Source: a virus (taxonomy: Duplodnaviria > Caudoviricetes). Taken from it: 44,288 nucleotides of DNA. Location: the IMG/VR virus record IMGVR_UViG_3300032332_000835, positions 1 through 44,288 of that record. One strand, given 5' to 3'. A model generated the notes under the pieces. It was not told the DNA's origin. It did not search any database and was given only the letters and a program-made list of their open reading frames with translations. The position numbers and the translations under genes are program-made. The first letter of the stretch is position 1. Every line of letters starts with the position of its first letter. This document shows, piece by piece, positions 19,082 to 27,900 of the stretch.

Positions 19082-20718
19082 AATCGTTTTTGGAATTAAT
19101 AACTGAAGAAGAAAAGACACATAAACCGGTTGTCATGGCCTTTGGTCGGATGAATCCTCCGACAACAGGACATATGAAGTTAATCGATAAAGTTCATGAA
19201 ATCGCAAATAAAGAACACGCACATCATGTTGTTGTCGCTTCACATTCGCAAGATGCAAAGAAAAATCCATTATCGGCAAAAGAGAAAATAAAAACTCTCA
19301 AAAGATATTCACCAAAAACAAATTTTGTTGCTGCATCAAAAGAACATCCTTCATTTATACAACACGCTGCAAAATTAAATGCTGCAGGTCATGATCATTT
19401 AATTATGGTTGCAGGATCAGACCGTGTCAAAGAATATCATAAACTTTTACACAAATATAATGGTCATGCATTTAATTTCAAGAAAATAGAAGTGAAATCT
19501 GCCGGTCACCGTGATCCGGATGCTGAAGGTGCGGAAGGTATGTCTGCTTCAAAAATGAGAGAACATGCTAAAAATAAAGATTTTTCTTCTTTCAGGCAAG
19601 GTGTTCCATCTCATGTATCAGATGAACACGCAAAACAATTAATGCATGATACTCGTAAAGGTATGGGTTTGCATGAGGATGTTAATCGTGGAAAATACAA
19701 GGCCATATTTGTCACAGGTGGTCCAGGCTCAGGCAAAGATGTTGTGATTCGTGAAGGCATTGCAGAACAACGTGCAGTTGAGATGAATTTCAGTCAGGTA
19801 TTAAATGTATTGAATGCCGTACATAAAAGAGCATTTAATTCTATGGATCAAAAAGTTGAGGCAGTTCGGTCCAGAGGTCCTTTGATTATCAATGGTCCAG
19901 CAGATGATTATGAAAACATTACACAAATCAAAGAAGAACTGGAAAATCTAGGGTACAAAACTATGATGATTTTTGTACACACAACAGATGAAGTCAGTAA
20001 AGAACGAAATATGAACTTGAATAGAATGGTATCCGAATCTGTAAGACATGATAAGTGGGTAAAATGTAACAAAAATATGAAGCACTTCAATGAACAATTT
20101 GATACATTCCATATATTTGATAATAATGGAGATATGGAATCGTTGGAAGAAAGCATTACGGATATTTACACAGAAAATAATAAATTCTTGGATAAAGATT
20201 TGATAGAAGAAAAAGTATCTATGTTTAGTGAGAAATTGAAAAAACATGCAAAAGAAAACAATAGTCCGGTTATGCAACTTACAAGAAAAATGGGAAAAAT
20301 AGATGATGTGAGAGATGGTGATGTTAAAAGTAATTCTAGTTACACATTCAGAACTTATACGGAATCTAATCCAACATTAACAGTCAGTGCTCAACCTAGA
20401 CAGACAAAATTTAGTATGGACAATAATAAAGAAAAGACAATGAAGTCCAAAGGTTTAAAAGATGCACCTACAATTAATGCAAGACTTAGAAATACTGCTG
20501 GACTTGGACGCGAGTTTGATACCCGTCAACAAGGCACAGTTTATCCGATGTCCGGTTTAGGTGATGTTACATACAGAGAATCAATTGATGATCCTGGTTA
20601 CTCTGATATGGGTGTTGGTGGTGTATTGGGGGGAGCAAGTAATAAAGAACCCATGCAAACATTATCAAATCCATTGACTTCTGGTATTGTATTTGACAAG
20701 AAAAAGAAAAAGAAATAA
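19078..20718 (+). CDS. Cytidylyltransferase-family (HIGH-type) domain + P-loop kinase-like domain + low-complexity tail; putative internal virion protein
   Basis: FGRMNPPTTGH, KKNPL, VAGSDRV and MSASKMR, then AIFVTGGPGSGKD. Leader MKSFLELITEE. Confidence 0.8.
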   Translation: MKSFLELITEEEKTHKPVVMAFGRMNPPTTGHMKLIDKVHEIANKEHAHHVVVASHSQDAKKNPLSAKEKIKTLKRYSPKTNFVAASKEHPSFIQHAAKLNAAGHDHLIMVAGSDRVKEYHKLLHKYNGHAFNFKKIEVKSAGHRDPDAEGAEGMSASKMREHAKNKDFSSFRQGVPSHVSDEHAKQLMHDTRKGMGLHEDVNRGKYKAIFVTGGPGSGKDVVIREGIAEQRAVEMNFSQVLNVLNAVHKRAFNSMDQKVEAVRSRGPLIINGPADDYENITQIKEELENLGYKTMMIFVHTTDEVSKERNMNLNRMVSESVRHDKWVKCNKNMKHFNEQFDTFHIFDNNGDMESLEESITDIYTENNKFLDKDLIEEKVSMFSEKLKKHAKENNSPVMQLTRKMGKIDDVRDGDVKSNSSYTFRTYTESNPTLTVSAQPRQTKFSMDNNKEKTMKSKGLKDAPTINARLRNTAGLGREFDTRQQGTVYPMSGLGDVTYRESIDDPGYSDMGVGGVLGGASNKEPMQTLSNPLTSGIVFDKKKKKK

Positions 20719-20721
20719 ATA
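20714..20721 (+). promoter_or_regulatory. Late promoter-like motif AATAAATA
   Basis: Overlaps the upstream stop, about 25 nt before ATG 20747. Confidence 0.4.
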
Positions 20722-20746
20722 CGACAATATAACTAAGAATAAAAAA

Positions 20747-21259
20747 ATGAAATCATTTAAAACTTTTATTACGGAAAAAGTCGACCAAAAAGATTCTGTC
20801 ACTTTTGATATACCATTATTGATTAGAGTTTTGGAGTTGGCTAGAGAAGATGTTAAAACGGATATGGAATTACACCGTGTGGTCGAAAGACTAATTAACA
20901 TTCGTAATAAAGGTGTTTTGACAATGGATGAATACGATTTCATTGCCGGGTTAAAGAAAAAATTAGGCGAAGATATTTTACATGAAGTCGCTGCGTGGCA
21001 GAGAAGTGCCGGTAAAGATCCAAAAGGTGGTTTAAATAGAAAAGGAATTGCTTCTTATCGCAGAGAACATCCTGGATCAAAATTAAGTATGGCAGTCACA
21101 ACACCACCATCAAAGTTGAAGAAAGGTAGTAAAGCTGCAAATAGAAGAAAATCATTTTGTGCAAGAATGAGTGGAATGAAATCAAAATTAACTTCTTCTA
21201 AAACCGCAAATGATCCAGATTCGAGAATTAATAAATCGTTACGCAAGTGGAATTGCTAA
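20747..21259 (+). CDS. Two-module putative internal virion protein (basic C-terminal DUF6321-like module)
   Basis: Leader MKSFKTFITE; the module AWQRSAGKDPKGGLN..RRKSFCARM follows LHE. Confidence 0.7.
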   Translation: MKSFKTFITEKVDQKDSVTFDIPLLIRVLELAREDVKTDMELHRVVERLINIRNKGVLTMDEYDFIAGLKKKLGEDILHEVAAWQRSAGKDPKGGLNRKGIASYRREHPGSKLSMAVTTPPSKLKKGSKAANRRKSFCARMSGMKSKLTSSKTANDPDSRINKSLRKWNC

Positions 21260-21273
21260 TTAAGGAGTAAAAA

Positions 21274-22767
21274 ATGTTTGCTAAATTCGGAAAAGACTTA
21301 GTATCTAGAGATTTGATCGAAGCCGTTAAAAAGGTTATGGATCAACCTGACGAAGATAAAGATGACCAAACAGAAGAATTAAAGGGTGGTCAGGTAAAAC
21401 TTGATAAGAATCATAACGGTAAATTAGATTCTCAGGATTTTAAAATGCTTCGCGGCGAAAAGAAAGGTGTGGCGGAAAGTGGAGACAAATATAAAATCAA
21501 AAGCATTGGCAGCGACGTTGACAAAGAGTCAGGTGAAAGACGCGACTATTACATTAGCCCAAGCACAGGCAAAAAAGTTTATAAAAGCGGTGTGAACAAA
21601 GGTGATCACGAAGTCCCTAAAACTGGCGAAATTAAAAAGAAAATAAATGAAGCAGAGCCTGATTATAAATCATCTGCAAAATATAGAGGCAAAGTCGGCG
21701 ACTTTAAACCTAAAGCATCTGATGTTGGCCAGGGCAGAAAAATCGTTGGTAAAATGGGCAAGTATGGCAAACAACCTGACGATGATGAAAAAATGGTCGA
21801 ACCTCCAAAAGATCATACTGTAGGCGCAGTTAAAACTGATCCTAGTGCAGTTGTTCCTGGACATAGCACAATGGCTGCAAAATTACATCTTGCATCATTA
21901 CCAAAAGACAAAGAAGGCAATTCAATTGTCAAAGGTGCAAGAAAAGTTAGTGCTGCCGATCTAGTTGCTAAGAGAAAAGCAATGATGTCTCAGAAAAATG
22001 AAGCAATCGAGGATACATTGCATCCAGCGGGTGCTGCTTTATTGAAGCACATCAAACCACAACATCATAATCTATACAAAGCACATCTAACAAAAGATGT
22101 ATTTAATGGTGGTTTTGGTGATCGTCATGCAGTTCTTAAAGCAGCACAAGATGCTGGTCATTTGAAAATGGATCTAAAGAAACAAAATGAAGAAGTTGAA
22201 TCCATCACAGAAGGCAAGATGGACAAGATGACTCTTTCTGGCCTATGGCATAAACACGCACAACATAGTTATATGTCAGATCAAGGTTATGGTCATGGTT
22301 CCGGAAGTATGCATCACAATGATCATGCTGCAACAGCAATTGAAAACCATGTACGCAAACATTATGGTAATAAAGTCGCAGATGATATGGTCGCACACTC
22401 TGAACATCATGTCGCTCATGCTGAGTATGCTGGACCAGAATCGTCACCACATCATGAAAAAGAAGCAGAAAAGTTAAGAAAGAAACACAATATTCATGGT
22501 GATTTGTATGGTGAAACTTTTAATCATGTAACAGAAAGAGTTGATCCAAATGTCAGAACTACCGACACATTAAAAGGACGTATTGCTGGTGGAGAACCAA
22601 ATCAACATAGTAGTTACAAAGTGAAACTTGAAACAAAAGGCACCGGTGCAATGGATCGCATCAAAAGTGCTGCAAAATCTGCATTTGACCGTGTTAAGAA
22701 CGAAACAATGATGGGTAAAGCAGGTGCAACATCCGAAGCCAAAAAATTGGACAAAGAAGGATATTAA
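21274..22767 (+). CDS. Modular Lys/His-rich putative internal virion polyprotein
   Basis: RBS AAGGAG. Contains EF-hand-like DKNHNGKLDSQDF, a GVAE linker and a His-rich module; modules are bounded by Glu motifs. Confidence 0.65.
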   Translation: MFAKFGKDLVSRDLIEAVKKVMDQPDEDKDDQTEELKGGQVKLDKNHNGKLDSQDFKMLRGEKKGVAESGDKYKIKSIGSDVDKESGERRDYYISPSTGKKVYKSGVNKGDHEVPKTGEIKKKINEAEPDYKSSAKYRGKVGDFKPKASDVGQGRKIVGKMGKYGKQPDDDEKMVEPPKDHTVGAVKTDPSAVVPGHSTMAAKLHLASLPKDKEGNSIVKGARKVSAADLVAKRKAMMSQKNEAIEDTLHPAGAALLKHIKPQHHNLYKAHLTKDVFNGGFGDRHAVLKAAQDAGHLKMDLKKQNEEVESITEGKMDKMTLSGLWHKHAQHSYMSDQGYGHGSGSMHHNDHAATAIENHVRKHYGNKVADDMVAHSEHHVAHAEYAGPESSPHHEKEAEKLRKKHNIHGDLYGETFNHVTERVDPNVRTTDTLKGRIAGGEPNQHSSYKVKLETKGTGAMDRIKSAAKSAFDRVKNETMMGKAGATSEAKKLDKEGY

Positions 22768-24497
22768 TGACCAAAAAATTCAAGGAAATTGTACGAACAA
22801 AGGTGGCACCTCCTACCACCTTTGGTACTAATCCTATGGATCCTTGGTCCACAAAATCTAATATTGCTGAGAGTAGAACATCTGTATTAAAACAATACAT
22901 ATCTTCATTAGGCATTGAACCTGATTCATTATCAGTAGACAGTTTAATATCATATTCAAAATCGAGTGAATTTGAAAAGTGGAATAGAGATAGAAAACTT
23001 ATGAGAGGTTACAGAGAAGAAACCGAAGTAACTGAAGATTTAAGAAAATGGTTTAAACAAAAATGGGTGCGCATGGACACCAAAGGCAATATCAAAGGTG
23101 ATTGTGCAAGAGATCCTGGTGAAGGCAAACCAAAATGTTTACCCCAGGCACGTGCTCATGCTTTAGGTAAAGAAGGACGTGCTGCAGCAGCAAGACGCAA
23201 ACGCAGAGAAGATCCGGATCCAGATAGGCATGGTGCACCGATTAATGTTAGAACGGAAAGTGCTGCAGCTGCAATAGCGGCCGCTACAGCAATCGCTAAA
23301 AAGAAATCTGGTAATTATGATTCAGAAGGGTTTAGAAAAACACCTTATAAAAATCCAGATCATCCTTTAAGAAAAAGTAATGGACAAAGAGAAAAAGAAA
23401 TGAATGAAAATGATATAGGTGAAACTTGTTGGGCAGGATATGAGGCAAAAGGTATGAAGAAAAAAGGAAATCGTATGGTACCAAATTGTGTTCCAGAAGA
23501 AACCAATCAGATTGATGAAAAAAATGTGCCGACAAGTCCAGAAAAATGGGCAAGAGCTAAGGCTGCGGCAAAATCAAAATTTGCTGTATATCCGTCTGCA
23601 TATGCTAACGGATGGGCTTCGAAAAAATATAAGTCTATGGGTGGCGGATGGAAATCTGTCGGTGAAGAGACAACAATGGAAGCAAAGAAACAACCTTTAT
23701 CTGCATTAGAAAGATTGAAAAAACGTATGAAAAAGAATGGTTATGATATGGATGCAAGAGAAAAGTTTTGGACTGATAAATTAAAACAAATGGACCAGAA
23801 TAAAAAACCTGTACAAGAAGTCTTAGATAAAGGTGCTTCGGCTGGTGATTGGATACATGATTTTGTACATTCAAAGAATCCAAAATTCAAAGGTAAATCC
23901 ACCAAAGAACGTCAAAAAATGGCATTAGGTGCATACTACGCAAAACAAAAAGAAGAAGTTTCGGAAAATCATATTGCAATTGCTATGGGTAAGATGTTAG
24001 ATGATGAAGGTAGTATGGTCTTGAATCAATTGGAACAAATTGAACGTGCAGTTGGCATGGTTCGTTCTTATATTGGAAAAGACTATGAAAAACAATTGCC
24101 TGCATGGGTACAATCAAAAATAACCTTAGCTGCAGATTATATTGATACTGCTGGAAATTATCTTATTAGTAAAAACGAAAAGGTTTCAGAAAGTAGAATC
24201 ATATCAAATAGTGCAAGTATCATAAAAGAAATATATAAAAATAAATTGCGAGAAGATATGACTGATCCGGAAAAGGAAGATAAGTCAGTTGCAAGTTATG
24301 GTAAAAAACCAAAAATGTCGGATAATAGTTCTGTAAATGATGACAAAAAACCTGATGCTCGTGCTGTATTAAAAGGCGGTACAACAATGACGGGTCAAAA
24401 ACGTGATACGATTGAAATTGATCCTGCTTTAAATCAACGTCCAAATCAGACGCCAGATTACATCGAAAAATCTGGTAAAAAGGCAGAAAACAAATAA
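22767..24497 (+). CDS. Modular basic putative internal virion polyprotein
   Basis: Modules DLRKWFKQKWV..PKCLP, CWAGY..MVPNCVP, YPSAYANGW..GGGWK and EGSM..LPAWVQSKIT, separated by xE linkers. Confidence 0.7.
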   Translation: MTKKFKEIVRTKVAPPTTFGTNPMDPWSTKSNIAESRTSVLKQYISSLGIEPDSLSVDSLISYSKSSEFEKWNRDRKLMRGYREETEVTEDLRKWFKQKWVRMDTKGNIKGDCARDPGEGKPKCLPQARAHALGKEGRAAAARRKRREDPDPDRHGAPINVRTESAAAAIAAATAIAKKKSGNYDSEGFRKTPYKNPDHPLRKSNGQREKEMNENDIGETCWAGYEAKGMKKKGNRMVPNCVPEETNQIDEKNVPTSPEKWARAKAAAKSKFAVYPSAYANGWASKKYKSMGGGWKSVGEETTMEAKKQPLSALERLKKRMKKNGYDMDAREKFWTDKLKQMDQNKKPVQEVLDKGASAGDWIHDFVHSKNPKFKGKSTKERQKMALGAYYAKQKEEVSENHIAIAMGKMLDDEGSMVLNQLEQIERAVGMVRSYIGKDYEKQLPAWVQSKITLAADYIDTAGNYLISKNEKVSESRIISNSASIIKEIYKNKLREDMTDPEKEDKSVASYGKKPKMSDNSSVNDDKKPDARAVLKGGTTMTGQKRDTIEIDPALNQRPNQTPDYIEKSGKKAENK

Positions 24498-24505
24498 GAT
24501 AAATA
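24498..24505 (+). promoter_or_regulatory. T4-type late promoter-like motif GATAAATA
   Basis: Intergenic, upstream of RBS AAGGAG and ATG 24537. Confidence 0.55.
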
Positions 24506-24536
24506 GTAAGATAACCCAGGTTAAAAGGAGAATAAA

Positions 24537-25220
24537 ATGTCAGCAGCATGGGGTAATACAGATTCAGCCAATAGTAAACCACTCTTTCCGAAAGAAAGAG
24601 AAACACGAAATTTCATTTATTTGACAACTGCTAATAGTACCGTGGCTGGGGTTAGAAGCATTCAATTTGCAGGTACAGGCGCACTCACTGCTGCTAATTT
24701 AGGCATTATAGTTGGTATGGTGGCGTCCACACCAAATACTGTTGTAGGTGGCGCCAATGCACCAGCTTCAAACTCTGCAACGGCAACAGCATTATCGGTT
24801 ATTAATGCACCTTTACCTGGACAAATTTTACCCACAGCAGGTCTCACCAGACCTGGTTTCCAAAGGGCAAATAATGTTGTAACCGCCGTCACAGGAAATC
24901 TTGTCACATTTGCAAATGCTACAATGTTGTTTATTCCTCCTGGTGCAGCTGTTGCATTTGATACTATTATTCCTTATACATCTACTGAAGAAGCAAATAC
25001 ATACAACAGAGATGTTATCTTAGTGACACCAAGTCGATTAGTAAATGCAAACGTAACAATTGCAAATACACATGCTGGTTGGTCACATGTTTACAGAACA
25101 GTAAATTCGGATGGTACTGTTAGATATCGTAAAGAAGTTTTAGTTGCACTTGCAAATAGTACAGCCACAAATGCATCTTCTGCTAATACAAGTCAATTCG
25201 GCATCTATAGAGGCGTTTAA
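24537..25220 (+). CDS. Ala/Thr/Asn-rich putative virion structural (surface) protein
   Basis: N-terminal WG motif, C-terminal HAGW...R..EVLVA, beta-rich small-residue composition, late promoter and strong RBS. Confidence 0.65.
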   Translation: MSAAWGNTDSANSKPLFPKERETRNFIYLTTANSTVAGVRSIQFAGTGALTAANLGIIVGMVASTPNTVVGGANAPASNSATATALSVINAPLPGQILPTAGLTRPGFQRANNVVTAVTGNLVTFANATMLFIPPGAAVAFDTIIPYTSTEEANTYNRDVILVTPSRLVNANVTIANTHAGWSHVYRTVNSDGTVRYRKEVLVALANSTATNASSANTSQFGIYRGV

Positions 25221-25227
25221 ATGAAAT

Positions 25228-25614
25228 ATGCATAATGATTTGAATGAAGAAACATTTTTGATATATGCGATGAAGTGTTATGAATCACCAAATTGTATTA
25301 TGTCGGAATTCGATGGAGATTTAAAGAAAACAAAATACCTGAAAAGATTATTTCGTAGATATAAATCAACTAGGAAACTCAAAGAGAGATTAATATTAAA
25401 TCATATCATCTCTTTGAGTAATGTTTTTGGACCAGAACCAACAGTTAGAATTTTGTTTTATAAAGTTGATGAAAAAGATTATGACATACTGAAAACATTT
25501 TTATTATATTTAAATTTAGTGCCAGAAGTTGTTTGGAATATCAGAGGTAAAAATATAAAAACTGATGATATTCCTGTAGAATTAAATGTTGCAGATATTT
25601 TGAGGAAGATATGA
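25228..25614 (+). CDS. Conserved hypothetical protein of T4-like phages
   Basis: LNEETFLIYAMKCY.SP.C and LKERLILNHII...NVFG, recalled from cyanomyovirus-like genomes. Confidence 0.7.
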   Translation: MHNDLNEETFLIYAMKCYESPNCIMSEFDGDLKKTKYLKRLFRRYKSTRKLKERLILNHIISLSNVFGPEPTVRILFYKVDEKDYDILKTFLLYLNLVPEVVWNIRGKNIKTDDIPVELNVADILRKI

Positions 25615-25802
25615 AATCATTTAAAAATTTTAGAGAAGATGTGGCAGTCGCTGGACCAACAAATGCAGTTGGTACAGGCAATATAGCAGGTGCAGGTCAA
25701 CCGCCAGGTAGTCGTTCTGGTGAACCGGGTGTTGGTAAGAAAAAGAATTTGATTATGATGGACATGTTGAAGAGAAAGAAATTAGAACAAACTGGAAAGT
25801 GA
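25611..25802 (+). CDS. Small putative internal virion peptide
   Basis: Leader MKSFKNFRE, Gly/Pro-rich core, basic tail; ATGA overlap with the upstream gene. Confidence 0.65.
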   Translation: MKSFKNFREDVAVAGPTNAVGTGNIAGAGQPPGSRSGEPGVGKKKNLIMMDMLKRKKLEQTGK

Positions 25803-25810
25803 GTTTATAA

Positions 25811-26434
25811 ATGAATTTCAATTTTACTGAAGTACAACTTGGTCAAATTCTAAGGGGCAACAAAGAAGTCCATGCATGGTATGATGCCTGCATGGAAATG
25901 TTTCCTCATTATGAAATAAACACAATTAAACGTGTTGCACATTTCTTAGCACAATGTGGTCATGAGTCCAATAACTTTATCGCATTGGAAGAAAATTTAA
26001 ATTATTCTGTAGAAGGGTTACAAAGAACATTTAAGAAATATTTTCCAAATCCAGAAATTGCAAAAGAATATGCAAAAAAACCTGAAAAAATTGCCAATAA
26101 AGTTTATGCAAACCGGATGGGCAATGGAGATGAAAAGTCTGGTGATGGGTGGAACTTCCATGGGCGTGGACTAATACAGTTAACTGGTAGAATAAATTAT
26201 AACAATTATGCGCGAGATACTGGTCAAAGTTTAGAAGAGGCCGTTGATCATTTAAATCATCCTCATGGTGCATTAGAATCTGCATGTTGGTTTTGGCATA
26301 CAAGAGGATTAAATAAATTTGCTGATGCCGATGATATATTGACATTGACTAAACGCATCAATGGCGGAACAATTGGACTAGATGACAGAACAGCTAAATA
26401 CAAAAAAGCAATCGATATCTTGAGTAAAAAATAA
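25811..26434 (+). CDS. Glycoside hydrolase family 19 endolysin
   Basis: FLAQCGHES, ENLNYS, IANKVYANRMGNG, GRGLIQLTG and TKRINGG. Confidence 0.92.
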   Translation: MNFNFTEVQLGQILRGNKEVHAWYDACMEMFPHYEINTIKRVAHFLAQCGHESNNFIALEENLNYSVEGLQRTFKKYFPNPEIAKEYAKKPEKIANKVYANRMGNGDEKSGDGWNFHGRGLIQLTGRINYNNYARDTGQSLEEAVDHLNHPHGALESACWFWHTRGLNKFADADDILTLTKRINGGTIGLDDRTAKYKKAIDILSKK

Positions 26435-26988
26435 TGTTACAACCATATACACTACTAATAAAGATTTTAATTGCAGGATTAATATTAGGTACTGCATTCT
26501 TTTTCGGGCACCATATGAATGAACAAAAATGGTTGGACCGAGTCAAAGAAATGGAACAAAAAGTTGCTGTTGCTGAACAAAAATCACATGAAGTGAATAC
26601 TGTAGTCGAAACTAAAATTGTTGAAAAAATAAAATTGATAAAGGAAAACAAAGATGCTAATAAAGAAACCGCAAAACTTATTTCCAAACAGCTTAATGAT
26701 AGTTGTTCTATGCCTCAGTCTACAGTCATGCTCATCAACAGTGCCAGTCAAAATGAAGTGGCCAGAAGTGCCGCCATCGTTGATGGAAGTACCTCCAATA
26801 TTGGAACAAGTGAAACCGAGGTCACCGGCACCGGAACAAAAGAACCCTCCATTGTTATTAGAGCAAGTGATGTCCTCGAAACAGTCGTCGAAAACTACGC
26901 CAGGTGCAACGAATTCCGAGAAAAAATAATTTCATGGCAAGAATGGTATAGACAACAAAAAAAGATTTTTGAAGAATCTCAAAAATAA
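26434..26988 (+). CDS. i-spanin (Rz-like)
   Basis: N-terminal TM helix plus coiled coil; directly follows the endolysin. Confidence 0.75.
   Translation: MLQPYTLLIKILIAGLILGTAFFFGHHMNEQKWLDRVKEMEQKVAVAEQKSHEVNTVVETKIVEKIKLIKENKDANKETAKLISKQLNDSCSMPQSTVMLINSASQNEVARSAAIVDGSTSNIGTSETEVTGTGTKEPSIVIRASDVLETVVENYARCNEFREKIISWQEWYRQQKKIFEESQK
26654..26929 (+). CDS. Embedded o-spanin lipoprotein (Rz1-like, +1 frame)
   Basis: KK, hydrophobic stretch, lipobox LQSC, then Pro-rich PVKMKWPEVPP; AAGGA upstream at 26641. Confidence 0.7.
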   Translation: MLIKKPQNLFPNSLMIVVLCLSLQSCSSTVPVKMKWPEVPPSLMEVPPILEQVKPRSPAPEQKNPPLLLEQVMSSKQSSKTTPGATNSEKK

Positions 26989-26998
26989 GAGGATATAA

Positions 26999-27472
26999 AT
27001 GGCAGCAGATGCATTTGTGTTAGAAGATGAAAATGGTGGTCCAGGAATTGTCAATCCTGCACCAGCTAGCAGACAAAGTGTTTTTAGACCACTCGGCAGT
27101 ACTGGTGGCGGTGGGTTTTCGCAACCACCGATTCAAGTGCCCGTATTAACTTCTGCCGGTAGTAATGCCGCACAAGGGGCAGAAATCATGGTTAAAAATA
27201 CAAATGAGGATTGGATTAATAAAAAATGGAGACCAGCAATGGGTTGGACATACATGGGAACATGTATATTCGATTTCGTTGTTGCGCCCATTTTGTGGTC
27301 GGTTATACAAGCTTTAGGTAATGGTGGTCAAGTGGCAACGCAATGGCAACCTTTAACTTTACAAGGAGCAGGCCTGTATCACTTAGCAATGGGTGCAGTA
27401 CTAGGCATAGCGGCATATGGCAGAACACAAGAAAAAATTTCCGTCAACACACCAACAGTACCAAAACCATGA
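26999..27472 (+). CDS. Putative holin (GTA-type 3TM holin-like)
   Basis: WRPAMGW followed by TM segments; RBS AGGA; lysis-cassette context. Confidence 0.65.
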   Translation: MAADAFVLEDENGGPGIVNPAPASRQSVFRPLGSTGGGGFSQPPIQVPVLTSAGSNAAQGAEIMVKNTNEDWINKKWRPAMGWTYMGTCIFDFVVAPILWSVIQALGNGGQVATQWQPLTLQGAGLYHLAMGAVLGIAAYGRTQEKISVNTPTVPKP

Positions 27473-27900
27473 ACACACAATCATCATCTCAAAATGAATT
27501 AGAAAATATCAAAGTGGATGTTGGTGTTTTGAAAGTCAAAGTGTTGACATTAAATGAAATATGTGATAAGATGGATAAAATAATAGAAAAACTGGTCGAT
27601 CAGCACGACCGCCATGTGGCAAAAATATACACAGACATGGATATCAGAAGAATGGAAACACAAAACGATATCAAAGAAATACATAATAGAATTGATAATG
27701 TTTTGGATAAAGTGCAAGATTCAGAAAGAAGAATCACCGATGAATTGAGGACATTGCGTGACGAATTATCGGCACAAATTAAAAGTGAAAAAGCTGCAAT
27801 TCAAAAACTAAATGAATGGAAATGGATGATTGCCGGTGCTATTATTGTTCTTTCGTGGTTATTGTCAAAAATTAATTTAGAGACAATTTTTATAAAATAA
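27469..27900 (+). CDS. Coiled-coil protein with C-terminal TM anchor
   Basis: Heptad-rich body ending KWMIAGAIIVLSWLL; ATGA overlap with the holin stop. Confidence 0.7.
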   Translation: MNTQSSSQNELENIKVDVGVLKVKVLTLNEICDKMDKIIEKLVDQHDRHVAKIYTDMDIRRMETQNDIKEIHNRIDNVLDKVQDSERRITDELRTLRDELSAQIKSEKAAIQKLNEWKWMIAGAIIVLSWLLSKINLETIFIK

